A DNA stretch of 63,627 nucleotides, the filler included, from Octopus bimaculoides (taxonomy: Eukaryota), in the NCBI RefSeq assembly GCF_001194135.2. It is 4 parts of 4 records of this genome, joined end to end, with 100 filler letters (N's around TTAATTAATTAA, not from the genome) between each part and the next. Parts side by side here need not be neighbours in the genome. Positions count along the whole stretch, not along the records: positions 38,749 to 45,672 come from NC_068984.1; positions 45,773 to 63,627 come from NC_068993.1; 2 more parts are not named here. One strand, written 5' to 3'. The translations under genes and the position numbers were made by a program. Below the pieces are notes generated by a model. The model saw nothing but the letters and a program-made list of their open reading frames with translations. It did not search any database and was not told the origin of the DNA. Positions 41,100 through 52,957 of this stretch are shown here, one piece after another. Position 1 is the first letter of the stretch. Each line of letters begins with the position of its first letter.

Positions 41100-41383
41100 T
41101 CTCAGAGTCATGTGACTGCGGCCACGTTAGAGCACCGCCATTGGTCGAAAAAAAATCGACCACAGGATTTATTCTTTGTAAGCCTAGTACTTATTCTATC
41201 AGTGTTTTTTTGTTGAACCGCTAGGTTAGGGGAACGTAAACACAGCTACATCGGTTGTCAAGCGATGGGGGGGGGTACAAGCACAGACACAGACACACAC
41301 AAATATTCTCATATATACGAAAGTCTTCGTTCAGCTTCCGTGTACAAAATCCACTCACAAGGCTTAGGTCGGCTTGAGGCTAT
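41100..41383 (-). mobile_element. SINE family A, diverged
   Basis: Tail (AAGCCTAGTACTTATTCTATC) and partial head (AAATCCACTCACAAGGCTT) in reverse orientation. Confidence 0.75.
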
Positions 41384-41583
41384 GTGTGTGTGTGTGTGTG
41401 TGTNNNNNNNNNNNNNNNNNNNNNNNNNNNNNNNNNNNNNNNNNNNNNNNNNNNNNNNNNNNNNNNNNNNNNNNNNNNNNNNNNNNNNNNNNNNNNNNNN
41501 NNNNNNNNNNNNNNNNNNNNNNNNNNNNNNNNNNNNNNNNNNNNNNNNNNNNNNNNNNNNNNNNNNNNNNNNNNNNNNNNNNN

Positions 41584-42290
41584 AAACCGGGCATTGTGAA
41601 TGTTTATTGAGCGAAAACACCTAAAGCTCCATTTTGTTAAGGAGGTATATGGCCCAAAATCTTCTTCAATAGCTTCAGTGAGAACAGCAAATGGATGTTT
41701 TCTTCTGACTGACACCGCTTCTATTCATAAGCGTTGGGTAGAATATTCTTCTGCACTTTTAAATAGATCATCATCCGATAGAAAAAAATTGAACACCTTC
41801 CAGTTATAGAAGAGATGGCATTTGAACCAACTCTAAATGACATTTATTTAGCTGTGAATAAGCTGAATAACAATAAACCTCCAGGGTCAGATGGAATCTG
41901 TGCAGAAGTCTTGAAATATGACGGTTTGAACTCTTAAATATATTAATTTGTCACTATTGGAGAACTGAGAAAGTGCCTTAAGATTGGATTGATGCCATTT
42001 TAGTCTCCTTGTATAAATCAGGGTCAAAGGATCTGTGTGGTAATTTTCATGGGATTTCGCTTTTGTCTGTCGTTGGTAAGGTACTTGCCCGCATTTTGTT
42101 AGAACGTTTAAATACTTTTATAGCTTCAAATATAGTGCCTGAGTCTTAGTGTGGTTTTCGTTCCTCCAGGGGCACAAGTATAACAATATGTGTTTCAACA
42201 CCCAATTTAATATCGGAAATCTTGCAAAACAGATACATAGGCGTAAATATATTTTCGTTTCGATTTTGTTATAACAAATTCCTGCAGTGA
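41584..42290 (+). pseudogene. RTE-clade LINE reverse transcriptase remnant
   Basis: Degenerate frames: EVYGPK..LLTD...IHKRWVEY..ALLNR; NNKPPGSDGICAEVLK; CGNFHGISLLSVVGKVLARIL; CGFRSSRGT. Confidence 0.85.
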
Positions 42291-42352
42291 GGCTTCTGCT
42301 GACTTTCCAAGCATCGCGCCCGAGTTGCCCAACTGAGGACGGCCTACTGTAT

Positions 42353-42712
42353 CTCTTTTATCTTTTGCTTGTTTCATCCATTAGACTTTGACCATGCTGG
42401 AGCAATGCCTTGGAGAATTTTAATCGAACGAATAGACCTCAGTATTTATTTCTTTTAGGCGTGTACGCATGCCATCGTTCATTTTTGCTGCACCGCTAAA
42501 TTACAGGGACATAAACACACCAACACCGGTTGTCAAGCACTGGCCACACACACACACACAAGCATATATAAAGTTATACTTCTTTCCTTAAAAAAAAAAA
42601 AGAAGCATGCTAGTCTTTGGCACCTTGGGCAAGTGTCTTCTACTATAGCCTCGGGCCGACCAAAGCCCTGTGAGTGGATTTGGTAGACGGAAACTGAAAG
42701 AAGCCCGTCATG
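42353..42712. mobile_element. Two SINE family A fragments in opposite orientation (tail on -, head on +)
   Basis: 42353-42545 matches the reverse-complement tail; 42617-42712 matches the forward head (TGGCACCTTGGGCAAGTGTC...). Confidence 0.75.
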
Positions 42713-42744
<32 letters not shown>

Positions 42745-44437
42745 TNNNNNNNNNNNNNNNNNNNNNNNNNNNNNNNNNNNNNNNNNNNNNNNNNNNNNNN
42801 NNNNNNNNNNNNNNNNNNNNNNNNNNNNNNNNNNNNNNNNNNNNNNNNNNNNNNNNNNNNNNNNNNNNNNNNNNNNNNNNNNNNNNNNNNNNNNNNNNNN
42901 NNNNNNNNNNNNNNNNNNNNNNNNNNNNNNNNNNNNNNNNNNNNNNNNNNNNNNNNNNNNNNNNNNNNNNNNNNNNNNNNNNNNNNNNNNNNNNNNNNNN
43001 NNNNNNNNNNNNNNNNNNNNNNNNNNNNNNNNNNNNNNNNNNNNNNNNNNNNNNNNNNNNNNNNNNNNNNNNNNNNNNNNNNNNNNNNNNNNNNNNNNNN
43101 NNNNNNNNNNNNNNNNNNNNNNNNNNNNNNNNNNNNNNNNNNNNNNNNNNNNNNNNNNNNNNNNNNNNNNNNNNNNNNNNNNNNNNNNNNNNNNNNNNNN
43201 NNNNNNNNNNNNNNNNNNNNNNNNNNNNNNNNNNNNNNNNNNNNNNNNNNNNNNNNNNNNNNNNNNNNNNNNNNNNNNNNNNNNNNNNNNNNNNNNNNNN
43301 NNNNNNNNNNNNNNNNNNNNNNNNNNNNNNNNNNNNNNNNNNNNNNNNNNNNNNNNNNNNNNNNNNNNNNNNNNNNNNNNNNNNNNNNNNNNNNNNNNAA
43401 AAAAAAAAAAAAAAAAAAAAGTAGATTCGAAAGTGTACCCCTAAGTGATTTGGGTAATCCTTCGGAGATGGTCTCAAAAATGTGAAACTATTTGTTCGGC
43501 AAATACTGTATAAATTTTTTATTTCTTTAATATTTATTTTTTGTAGTAAATGAGAAATACGGTCGTGGACACACAGACACACATACACCACACGCGAGCA
43601 CACACAAACCACATACGCACACTCACACAGTCCTTTCATTTGCGGTAACTACTTGAACTGTGAAACACACACTCACTTACATACACACACATGTAGATAC
43701 ACATACATAAATATACATGTGTTATGTCTTCACGAATCACTTATGTTTATGTGTTTTTGTGTCTGTATGTGTTTATGTGTATGTATGTGTTTATGGGCAT
43801 ATATGTATGTAAATATATATATATGTATATATGTATGTAAGTATGTAGTGGTCTGTGTATGCGTAAGCTGAAAAAGAAACTAAACAAATAAAAATGTTTT
43901 ACGGGACGTCCCGAACAAATAGTTTTACTTTTCTGAGATCGTAGAATCGCCGTGTTTTGAAATATCGGCTATTATAAATTATAAAATTAACGAAGAAGTT
44001 GGGGTGGGGGAAACCGAGAGATTCCGTTTTATATGTGGCAGCAATTCCGAAATTTGCCGAATTCTGAAAGGTTAAAATTCGGAGCAGAACATGTCTTGAC
44101 ATGCTTTTCTAATCTCGAAACAGAAAATATGGGAATCATGAAGTTTCGTACGATTTCCTCGCCTTTTTAACGTGTTTCTTAATTTTTTAACATCAAGCAA
44201 ATATATCTAATATGATAAATTAAAATTATAAATTGAAAAGACAACAAATTAACGTTACAAATTAAGGTACTTTAAATTTATATAGATCTTTAATTAACTC
44301 CACAAACCGGACGTGGGATTCGAACCCAAGAATGTTTACATTTTTCTTCTTCAACACGTAACAATGGTTAGGGCTTTGCTTTGTTGTATTTTATTGTTTA
44401 TATCATAGCTTATTGTTAATCAGATTTAAGAATCATC

Positions 44438-45334
44438 ATGTTTAGTTTATATTTAATATTAAACTGCCTTATAACGGTCAGCTGTACTACTTTATTTGAT
44501 AATGTCGATTTATACCGTTTTAAAGAAGGCGAACAGCATTACGATCTTATCAATCAACGAAGTGCCCTTCCTGATTATGGACGGTGTTGGACTAACACTA
44601 TTAATTCGATTATTACCGGTTGTAAGAAAGTTACCGATAAGATCCAGACACGTCTATCACTTTTATACCTCAATTGTTTCCTCGAAGGACAAAAGCGCAT
44701 GTATTACCCGTGTCCACCTGACCAACCCATCGATATATGCACACAGAACATGACCGAAGGTGATCGAGCGAGTCTGGCCACTTTTTTCATTCATACTCAG
44801 AACATTTGTTATTTTCTGGAAATTAAATATTGGAACCAACACACAGAAAGGACAATCCAAAAATTATCTGATACATCTGAAGACATCGCTACCCAGTTAG
44901 AACAATCGTTTGAACTCCAGAATGATATGGTAAAGAAACAAATCGAAACAGTAATCAATCAAAAAGAAATATTGGACCAAACAATCAATTTAAATGGGAC
45001 AATATTTTCCACATCTTCCAACATAGCAAAGACACTTCTGGAATTCCAACGTATAACACTTGAACAAACTATTTCCACTAAAGATATCTTCTCACGGGTA
45101 GCCAAACTCAACAATGTATTTATTGAAGTAATATCTGATATTTATTCTGTTGTTTTCTACTTGTTCGTGTTTTTACTCTGTTATTTATCAACCTCCACAC
45201 CAAGAACTGCTAAAGCTCGACTATCCTTATTTGTCGTAATAATTTTTAATTTTGCCTCAGAAAAGCTTATGGTTTATTATAAAAATTTACCCAACTCCGA
45301 AGGCATCATAAATGAAATCAATTTCGTAAGTTAA
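44438..45334 (+). CDS. GEX1/KAR5/Brambleberry-family nuclear-envelope membrane protein (probably one large coding exon, continued by splicing)
   Basis: 298-codon ORF with non-repetitive sequence. Hydrophobic N-terminal signal (aa 1-17). Six Cys in GEX1-type spacing: C50W, C62, C80, C92, C101, C124 (CW..GC..RLSL..NC..C..C..FFIHTQNICYFL...W). Heptad-rich helical region aa ~133-230. Two hydrophobic segments aa ~235-252 and ~262-281 joined by STPRT..AR. A at -3 of the ATG, candidate acceptor AATCAG at 44418-44423, and GTAAGT donor at 45326 in phase 0. Confidence 0.85.
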   Translation: MFSLYLILNCLITVSCTTLFDNVDLYRFKEGEQHYDLINQRSALPDYGRCWTNTINSIITGCKKVTDKIQTRLSLLYLNCFLEGQKRMYYPCPPDQPIDICTQNMTEGDRASLATFFIHTQNICYFLEIKYWNQHTERTIQKLSDTSEDIATQLEQSFELQNDMVKKQIETVINQKEILDQTINLNGTIFSTSSNIAKTLLEFQRITLEQTISTKDIFSRVAKLNNVFIEVISDIYSVVFYLFVFLLCYLSTSTPRTAKARLSLFVVIIFNFASEKLMVYYKNLPNSEGIINEINFVS

Positions 45335-45567
45335 AAATATATTTCAAAATAATATAAACTTCTTAATCCGTTTCCCTTTCGGGTAGAGACGGACTATATG
45401 TAATCTGAACCTTTCCCCCCTTTATTTATTAATTTTTTTACGGAATCCCACGTTTTAGGCTATGGAGATTCCGATTCTGAAAAAAAATTTTTTGAAAAAT
45501 TCCCCCCCCCCCACCAAACAGGCTATTTACATGCTAGAAATAACAGCCAAATCTCACAAAACTAGTG

Positions 45568-45653
45568 TTAGGTTTAGGGTTAGGGTTAGGGTCAGGGTTA
45601 GGGTTAAGGTTAGAGTCAGGGTTAGGGTTAGGGTTTGAGTTAGGGTTAGGTTT
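45568..45653 (+). repeat. Degenerate interstitial (TTAGGG)n
   Basis: About 14 hexamers of TTAGGG with TCAGGG, TTAAGG, TTAGAG and TTTGAG variants. Confidence 0.85.
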
Positions 45654-45672
45654 ACCCTGTGGATCTATATAA

Positions 45673-45772
45673 NNNNNNNNNNNNNNNNNNNNNNNNNNNN
45701 NNNNNNNNNNNNNNNNTTAATTAATTAANNNNNNNNNNNNNNNNNNNNNNNNNNNNNNNNNNNNNNNNNNNN
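45673..45772. other. Artificial 100-bp scaffold spacer
   Basis: Same 44/12/44 structure, about 340 bp downstream of the GEX1-like exon. Confidence 0.95.
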
Positions 45773-46042
45773 TATATATTAGCTTCTCTAGTTTTGTATG
45801 GATAGGTTTATTGAGTGAAATATCCATATATACGTTATATTTTACATGAAAGTATGCATTTGTGTGTGCACGAAAAGAGAGTAACACATATACACATACA
45901 CACAAGAACACACAAACACACAAACACACACACACACACACAATATTTACGGAAAACGTATAAAAATGAGCATAAGTAACCTTACTTAGACATAGCAATA
46001 TACTCATATACGACATTATACCTTGTAATATTCTTAACCTAA

Positions 46043-46262
46043 CAAGATGGTGAGCTGGCAGAAACGTTAGCACGCCCGGCGAAATGCTTAGCGGTATTTC
46101 GTCTGTCTTTACGTTTTGGTTTGAAAATCCGTCAAGGTCGACTATGCCTTTCATCCTTTCATCGATAAATTAAGTACCAGTTGCGTACTGGAGTCAATCT
46201 AATCGACTGGACACCCTCCCCAAAAATTTCGGGCCTTGTGCCTAGACTAGAAAAGAATATTC
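46043..46262 (+). mobile_element. SINE family B
   Basis: AAGATGGTGAGCTGGCAGAAACGTTAGC...GGGCCTTGTGCCTAGACTAGAAAAGAAT. Confidence 0.85.
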
Positions 46263-48179
46263 CTAACGTAACATATCTGTGTATGAATATATGAGCCTTT
46301 GTGTGCCTCTCTGTGTCTCCTTGTTTGCAACTTGTGTTCATCAGTCCATTTATATATATATGTAAATGTATGCATATGCGTATACATATATATATATACA
46401 TACATATATATGTATATGTATACGACCCTCTCGTCGCTGACACATGACGAAAGGGATTCTTTCTTTCTATTTCCTGCCTTCCTATAGAGAAGACGTGAAT
46501 ATTTTTGTCTCGCATTCACATCTAACTTCGCATTCAAAATAATAATTTTTCTATCGTCTTGGCCTAACAGCCCTTACCGTTTGTTCTCACTGTCCTGTTC
46601 TTGTTTACACTTTCCCCCTCCGCAAAAAATTCCTAATTACATTAATTTGCTTTGCGGGAAGGACTGTTCCAACGAAGTCGCGTATTGTCCTTGCTTTCGA
46701 AACGCGGAGTAGATGGACAGGGACAACTGATGAAGGGAAATATTCTTTATGTTGCATGTCTCGTTTCTCTGTTTGTTTTTTTCTTTTTTCGAAAAAGTTC
46801 CTTTTCTGTTTTCGTCTTTATGTTTTCGTTTCTCATTGTGTTTAACGTTTTTTGTGATGTCCTGTACCCATATATTCATGTNNNNNNNNNNNNNNNNNNN
46901 NNNNNNNNNNNNNNNNNNNNNNNNNNNNNNNNNNNNNNNNNNNNNNNNNNNNNNNNNNNNNNNNNNNNNNNNNNNNNNNNNNNNNNNNNNNNNNNNNNNN
47001 NNNNNNNNNNNNNNNNNNNNNNNNNNNNNNNNNNNNNNNNNNNNNNNNNNNNNNNNNNNNNNNNNNNNNNNNNNNNNNNNNNNNNNNNNNNNNNNNNNNN
47101 NNNNNNNNNNNNNNNNNNNNNNNNNNNNNNNNNNNNNNNNNNNNNNNNNNNNNNNNNNNNNNNTATATATATATATATATATATATTATGCATGCGTTCC
47201 GATACTTGTACATATCTGTATATATGTGACTTTAAGCAAAGCCAAAAATCCATTCTTGCAACAATAACTGACAGCGTTTGTAAAGAGATATATAAATGTA
47301 TACTACATCGACGTTTCGATGGGTTTTCATAGCCTACATACTTGCTTAATATTTTCTTTCTGCAGTGTTCATGCTTCAGGGAAGAATTCGATATAATTCA
47401 GTAGTTCCTGCGCTAGCTACGTAAATAAATAGAATATATAAACAAATAATTCTTGTGTAATATTTATTCTCAACTAATCTCATACTGAAAACATGAATCG
47501 TTACATTTCATCATATTTTATCCCAACCGCAGCCCATTATCCCGCCACTATTCAACACTGCGGCTGCGCTCCCTTTGGTTATATGTGTGTGTATTTGCGT
47601 ATGTATGTATGTATGTGTGCATGCATGTATGTGCATATATGTATGTGTGTACGCGCGTGCGTGCGTTTGTGTGTGTGTGTGTGTGTGTGTATGTATAAAT
47701 ATACATACGTCGATATGCATGTGTGTGTGTGCGTGTGAGCATATATATGTGAATGTATATTATGTGTACATATAATATATATGTATACGCATACATTCAT
47801 TGATATAAAAACCCTGTGAATGTATGTGTATGTTTGTGTGTATGTACGTGTTGAGTATGTGCGTGCGTGTGTATGTGTGTGTGCATATATGTTTGCTAAT
47901 GAGAATATGTTTTTTTTGTGTATACATGTGTGTGCGTGTGTGTGTGTGAGAGAGAGAGAGAGAGCAGTGTCTCGTAATTGAATATTGTCTCACCTGGGGG
48001 GGGGGGTGAATTTGCCGCCACCCCAGTCGCTCCACCCATGTAACCCGAAAAACTCAATATACAACAAAAATCCTTAAATGGAAAAGGAAAACTACATACA
48101 AACAAAAATATCTAAAATAAAAATTAGGACGCCATATTTGCTCCCGGATGAAAATATTAAACACAACAATCTACTAAGT

Positions 48180-48620
48180 TATTTTTCGTACTTTTCCGTT
48201 TGGAGAATCTTCAATGACACAGTCTAAATTTATTCCATTTATCAAATGCTTGTTCTGTATACAGAATGGAAAGATTCTCAAGGTACTCAAAGTAGGTCTC
48301 GAGTAATTCTTTACCAAATTTTATTTAGAAAGCTTGTCTCACGGCTGGCATCATTAATAGCAATTGTGAAAAACATCCGCAGTTGAGCTGCAATATTTGG
48401 GACCGAATTCCCCAGGTTACTCTTCTATGTTCCCCAGATTATTCCTCTATATTGACTATAAAATTTCCTTCTGCGTATTTGTTTCGTCGAGCGTATCAGC
48501 AACAGCATTAAACTGCTGAAGTTTGTTTCTCTCTGTGAAGAAATCATCCCTATCAATGTCACTAGGATTGTTATCTGGTTGTCACTCATCTTTATCGTCC
48601 AAAACATTGGATGGAGTAAG
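48180..48620 (-). pseudogene. hAT transposase C-terminal (dimerisation domain) relic
   Basis: Minus-strand translation across a frameshift and stops: ..DIDRDDFFTE..KEIL*SI*RNNL..VPNIAAQLRMFFTIAINDASRETSF/SK*NLVKNYSRPTLS..INLDCVIEDSPNGKVRK. This resembles the hATC motif FPN...LRIFLT.P.S.AS.ERSFSKLKLIKNYLRSTM. Confidence 0.75.
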
Positions 48621-48647
48621 GAAAATATTTGTCACAGTAAGTTCAAG

Positions 48648-48794
48648 CAGTTTCCGTCTACCAAGTCCACTCACAAGGCTTTGGTCGGCCCGAGGCTATA
48701 ATAGAAGACACTTGCCCAAAGTGCCACGCAGTGGGACTGAACCCGGAACCATGTGGTTCGTAAGTAAGCTACTTGCCACACAGCCACTCCTACG
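48648..48794 (-). mobile_element. SINE family A head abutting the hAT transposase relic
   Basis: CAGTTTCCGTCTACCAAGTCCACTCACAAGGC...CCACACAGCCACTCCTACG. Confidence 0.85.
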
Positions 48795-49657
48795 TCTGTT
48801 TATTTGTTTGTTTGTTTGTTTGTTTGTTGTCACACTCACTATCTCTTGAAGCTAACGAATTCTTTAAAGTTCACTAATCAGTTTAATTTTATGCTGATTC
48901 GAATTCTGAATTTGTTTCAACTTCGGTAGCTGTATAAACATACTACTGCTACTACTAAAGATGGAACAAGTTATTTCTACTACTAAAGATAGAACAAGTT
49001 ATTTCATTAGTACCGCTTCACTGTTTTTTTTATTTTTTAAACACATATATTTTGTTTTTCTATTTTCTTTTTAAATAGCATCAGATTAATAGAATCAAAA
49101 AATATTTATTAACCTAATAATTAATTTCTTGGATATTTTGTTAGGAAAGAGTTATTTATGGGTAATTTCCATTTTTATCAAAAAAAAAACCTATACGCGC
49201 ATGCTATTATTAATTAAGCACAATTAAGCTCTTAATATGTACGTGGATCAATGAGGTCATCTTCAAAGGATGTAAACTTTATAACTAACGGAAGTTGACG
49301 GCACTAATCTGTGTTTTTGTCGAAAATATTGCTTGGTGCCTTGTACTGTTTATACTGTTTCTCCAATAAAATAAAAGTGCTTCCTCAAAATAAGCGATCC
49401 AGGTTGCACCTCCTTGCATCCTTTCAACTATTCCATGTGTATAGAAAAATGTGTTTGTCTGCCTGTGTGAATATAGATATATAATATATATACATATATT
49501 CTAAGAAATTTAACCCTCAAAATCGGTAAACATATATTCTCCTCATCTCCAGATGAGGCNNNNNNNNNNGCAGAAATAAAGACACATGCAACAGAAATAC
49601 AAAATGGAAGATCGTTAGTAAAGAGAGACACAAAAAACGAAAGAAGAAAGCAAAGGA

Positions 49658-49697
49658 CCACTGATGAGGTCACAGAAGTGTGACGAAAGAACTCTGG
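49658..49697 (+). ncRNA. Minimal type I hammerhead ribozyme-like motif
   Basis: CCA CUGAUGA G GUCACA GAAG UGUGAC GAAA G AA C UC^UGG. Intact core, perfect 6-bp stem II, 1-bp stem III, 3-bp stem I, and one extra purine after A9. Confidence 0.6.
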
Positions 49698-50753
49698 CCG
49701 AAGTACAATTACTATAAAATAGAGTTGAAGCAAGTAAGCACCAAATATAAAATGCGTGTTTTCATTGGCTACACTGGCAACATGTCCATCCCCAAATACA
49801 ATATATATATTTATATAATATATATACATATATTCTAAGAAATTTAACCCTCAAAATCGGTAAACATATATTCTCCTCATCTCCAGATGAGGCTGTATTC
49901 ATTAGTGGTACGCATTATTTTCACGAATTGTTTTCTTATAGTAACTTTAGAGACAAAATACAATATTCGATTCACAGTAACTAATTATTTCAAGTGTAAA
50001 AATAGACCAAGAACTATCCGTTGGTGTAATCCCGTATATAGTCTAAATGTCTACATCCATGTTGCAAGAGATTTCTTAAATTTAGTTGCCTTTCATTTTC
50101 CGATATATCATAAGATCATAAAACTGTAAATAGCAACATTAAAATGCAATTAAGCTAAGCTTGTCATGTTGTAAAATTCCACAAATTCCATTTATTATTT
50201 TAAAATCCCCTTCATGTATCGTTATCATTCAACAGATAATTTGAGGTGATTACCAATCAAGTATTACTTTGGGGATATTTTCAATCAGAAAACAGCATCA
50301 GCCCACGAAAGTTCTAGAACTACTGTGCAGTACTTCACGACAGCAAACATTACGTCATATGATACACATAGACCAATGAGAAAGATGCTTACTAACGACG
50401 AATAGGGATTTATCTTTCAAGTCGTATGTGTCTAAATCATAATTTACAGCAACCATCTGAAGGATTAGACATGTGTGATTAACGCTAACATTAAAATAAA
50501 CTGCTCAGCAAATTATATACGTGTGTGTGTGTATGTGTGAGCGTGTGTGTGCGTGTGTGTGTGTGTGTATTTGCGTGCGTGTATTTGCGTGCGTGCCTGT
50601 GTGTACGTATACACATATATAATGAGCAAATGAACAAACGACATCATTTAAAGTTTCACGGTGAGGTGTTGACCTGGTGAGGTGTTCAGAGACATTCACA
50701 TACACACTTATATACGCGCGTACATAATAGATACATACATACATACATACATG

Positions 50754-50807
<54 letters not shown>

Positions 50808-52169
50808 TGTATGTATGTATGCATGCATGTATGTATGCATGTATACAAACTTGTCGCTAGTGGTGCGGTTACCAATGGAGCAACATCCGCTGGTAATGTA
50901 AGTAAAAATCATATTACGGTATCACCAAGAATCATAAAACTCACTGAATGTAGAGGGATGCTTACCATGAGATATTATTAGGCAACTCGCTGCTATACAC
51001 ATACATATACAACAGCGATACATCCTAGTTATATTATAAAACTGTTTTCTGTAATTCGATTTTTTTTTTCATGTAGTAACGAGCCTTCTGGTGAATATCA
51101 TGGCTGACTCTCTCACTCCAATCAACGTTGTTTATTGCAACAAAGACACTATTTTCTGTGTTAGCCCTCAGTATTCTTTATTACATTATCCGACAACAAG
51201 AGTGTATGTGTTCATTATATGTTATAATGTAAAATTCAATTATTTTGTGTTTTGCGTTGGATGCCGTAGACGCTATTCTGTTGCTCTTGTTGCTTTTGTT
51301 ATTGTAATTCTTATAGTACTGGTCACCTCTCATTCCTTAACATTCCAAAAATCAATACCTTCTTTTTCCCCTCATGATGAACGGATAATGTATTTAAAAT
51401 AACGAATGAATACTGTGTTAAAACTGTACATAAGGATGAGAGATGGTAGGATTGGTAGAACATCTAATGAAATATGTCGAGGTGTTCTGTTATGTTCCTT
51501 TAGGTTCAAAGTTCAAATCCGAGCAAATTCTACTTTGCCGCAACGACGCCATCATGGGTTGAAGGTGCAAATAAGGAAGGAAGGAAGGAAAGACCGTTCT
51601 TCTACTAATTTGCTTTGTACCAATATTTCAATCTAAGTCATCATACACACTACAGCTTTATCGTCAAAGATGTCAAACTGTAACTATGCTGTTTTTTTTG
51701 CTTTGTTTTTTGGGGTTTTTTGTTTTTCTTTTTTTATATACAGTATATTTAGTAAGGCGTGATCTGAAAGAGATATGGTTGCTATGTTTAACAAGTTCCT
51801 ATGACTGTCTAAAGGCTTCTTCATGGGCTGGCAGCTGCTGCTACAGGAGACACCTCTGTCTTCTATTATAATTGCTTTCACTCTACAAAAATGAGCTTTT
51901 ATACTTGCCTGCTGCTTCATTATAACCATTTAAAAGCAGATAAAATTAATTATAGATGAATGAAAAGCAAAGATAAACTAGGCCTAATTTGAACTCAGAA
52001 CGTCAGGTTCCGTAATGAAAGACCAGTTATTTTGTTCGATGCCTTAACGATTCCGCCAGTCCATCGCTCACGTCGGGATCGAAACTGAACTAGTCGTGGA
52101 TAGAGATTGTAACGACGAAACATGTTACTACAGTCAGTTACCTTATTTACCACAACAGCCTCTCCTTAA

Positions 52170-52350
52170 AATCGTGGTTTCAAATTTTGGCACGAGGCCG
52201 ACAATTTCTAGAGAGAGTATAAGTCGATTACATTAGACTCCAGTATTCAACTGGTACTTATTGTACTTATTTTATCGACCCCAAAAGGATGAAAGGCAAA
52301 GTCGGCCTCGGCGAAATTTTAGCTCAGAACATAAAGACAAAATGCCGCTA
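52170..52350 (-). mobile_element. SINE family B, diverged
   Basis: TCGACCCCAAAAGGATGAAAGGCAAAGTCGGCCTCGGCG. Further diverged B copies lie near 558, 10440, 15960, 26425, 35735 and 51960. Confidence 0.75.
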
Positions 52351-52922
52351 AGCACTTTACTACAGCCAGTTACCTTATTTAACACACCAGCTTCTCCTTA
52401 AAATATTCATTGACTAAATACTTAACGTTAGCTCGAATTTAACTCTGTCTTTCAACAGGACAAGAGATTTATGAATTTGCAAATTAGAAAACATTCTCAT
52501 TTACAGTAAGATTAATATCTCGTGAGAAAAGTTTTGAGCGCTTCTTACTTTCACTGAGCGACAAAATAAACAGATAAAGAGTTAATTTAATATGTGCACG
52601 TTGAACTATTGAATGTATATGCATAATTTTACTCTAATTATTAAGATTAAATTAAAAAGATCTGTGATAATATTGGCGTATAATTCATATAATCAGAAAC
52701 TTGCATGTTGTATTTGTGTATTGAAGATACATGATTAACACAGTGTTAAATTTCGCCACGTATCGCCATTAACTCAAAAATTGTGAATGCCCCAGTATGT
52801 TGATAGCTTACATCAACAGAAGACAGTATAACCATATGAATGAATGTGTGTGTGTGTGTGCATATGTATGTGTGTGCGTGTGTACGTGCGTGTGCATTCA
52901 AGCCACGATAGATAAGTTCAGT

Positions 52923-52957
<35 letters not shown>

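Noticed and set aside
44300-44400. tRNA gene on the minus strand (GGGTTCGAATCCC)
   Set aside because: Only a T-arm/B-box-like fragment; no A box, acceptor stem or cloverleaf.
48949-49005. 28-bp tandem duplication (similar short duplications near 6475-6545 and 55735-55765)
   Set aside because: Ordinary slippage duplications with no further structure.
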